Made by a program: the position numbers and the translations under genes
Notes under the pieces: model-generated
Seen by the model: only the letters and a program-made list of their open reading frames with translations
What the model was told of the DNA's origin: nothing
Databases searched by the model: none
In this document: piece by piece, positions 63,276 through 64,000 of the stretch
How positions within the stretch are numbered: the stretch's first letter is position 1
Layout: every line of letters starts with the position of its first letter
Source: Raja brachyura
Lineage: Eukaryota
Direction of reading: 5' to 3'
Assembly (NCBI GenBank): GCA_963514005.1
Contig: OY740791.1
Coordinates: forward strand, 51,026,001 to 51,090,000
DNA length: 64,000 nt

Positions 63276-64000
63276 GTGGCACTGTTGCTAGCTGCCTCCG
63301 CCTTTAGTCTGGTATCTTTTTGTTTTTTTGTTATGTTTGAAGAGCGTTTTTTGTGTTTTTTTTAATGTCTTTATGTGGGGGGAAGAGGGTACGGTAAGGG
63401 GGATACCATCCTTCAGTCACTTCCTGGAGAGGATGCGACTATTGAGTCATGTCCTCGACCCCCCCCCCCCCCCCACCCCGCGGCCTACCTACTGGATTGG
63501 CGCGGCCTTTCCTGCCGGGACCGACCAGAGCTCCAGCAGCAGCAGCGCAGCGTTGGAAACATTGCGCGGCGGGTGATGCCTTACCGGGGATCGCCGTTTG
63601 GAGCTCCGGAGTGCTGGGCTTGCTGCACTGACATCGCGGAGCTGTGGTTCGCGGAGCTCTCAATGGAGCTTGCGACTCCGCCCGGCTCGGCCTGTGGACT
63701 TCGGGAGCCGCGGACTCCGTTGGGAGATGGCTGATCTGGAGGTCCAGGCCGCTGAGGATGTTCTCCATCGGGGTTCCATTGTTCCCGGCGAGAGGCCCTG
63801 AGCATCGGGCCGTCCGCGGCGGTGACTGCGGGTGCCTGGGAGCCCCTGACCACGGATGAACATCTGGGATGATTGGCAGGGAGGCTGGCTGGACTATGGT
63901 ATCTTCCTTAACGTTGGTGCCGCTGTGGGGTTGTGTTGTGTGTGGACTTCTGTGTTTGTGCTTTTTTTAAAAAATATGTTTATTTATTTATCATTTATTT
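63276..64000 (+). mobile_element. GC-rich non-autonomous retroelement running off the window end
   Basis: Same head / T-tract / G-tract / GC-core layout as the other copies. Confidence 0.6.

Overview
Repeat-saturated vertebrate DNA with no securely identifiable intact host gene. The HE1/V-SINE-like SINEs and CR1 tails suggest a cartilaginous fish, probably a skate or ray (inference). Main structures: (1) a full-length but inactivated DIRS1-type tyrosine-recombinase retrotransposon (32537-37897) with ITRs, ICR, gag-like ORF, broken RT/RNaseH/methyltransferase-like ORF and an open YR ORF, plus splice sites that would join the RT start codon in frame to the YR; (2) a ~3.8 kb non-autonomous Helitron on the minus strand (24195-28004) carrying CpG-decayed first-exon fragments resembling ALG13 and TDP2, with a nested hAT-like element; (3) five PIF/Harbinger-like MITEs with shared TIRs and TWA target duplications; (4) nested hAT-like elements at 6.6-9.6 kb; (5) many Penelope terminal fragments with minimal hammerhead-ribozyme motifs; (6) GC-rich non-autonomous retroelements with internal minisatellites; (7) CR1, Rex/Babar and RTE LINE fragments, and a 200-N gap. 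All homologies were recognised by eye, not by database search.
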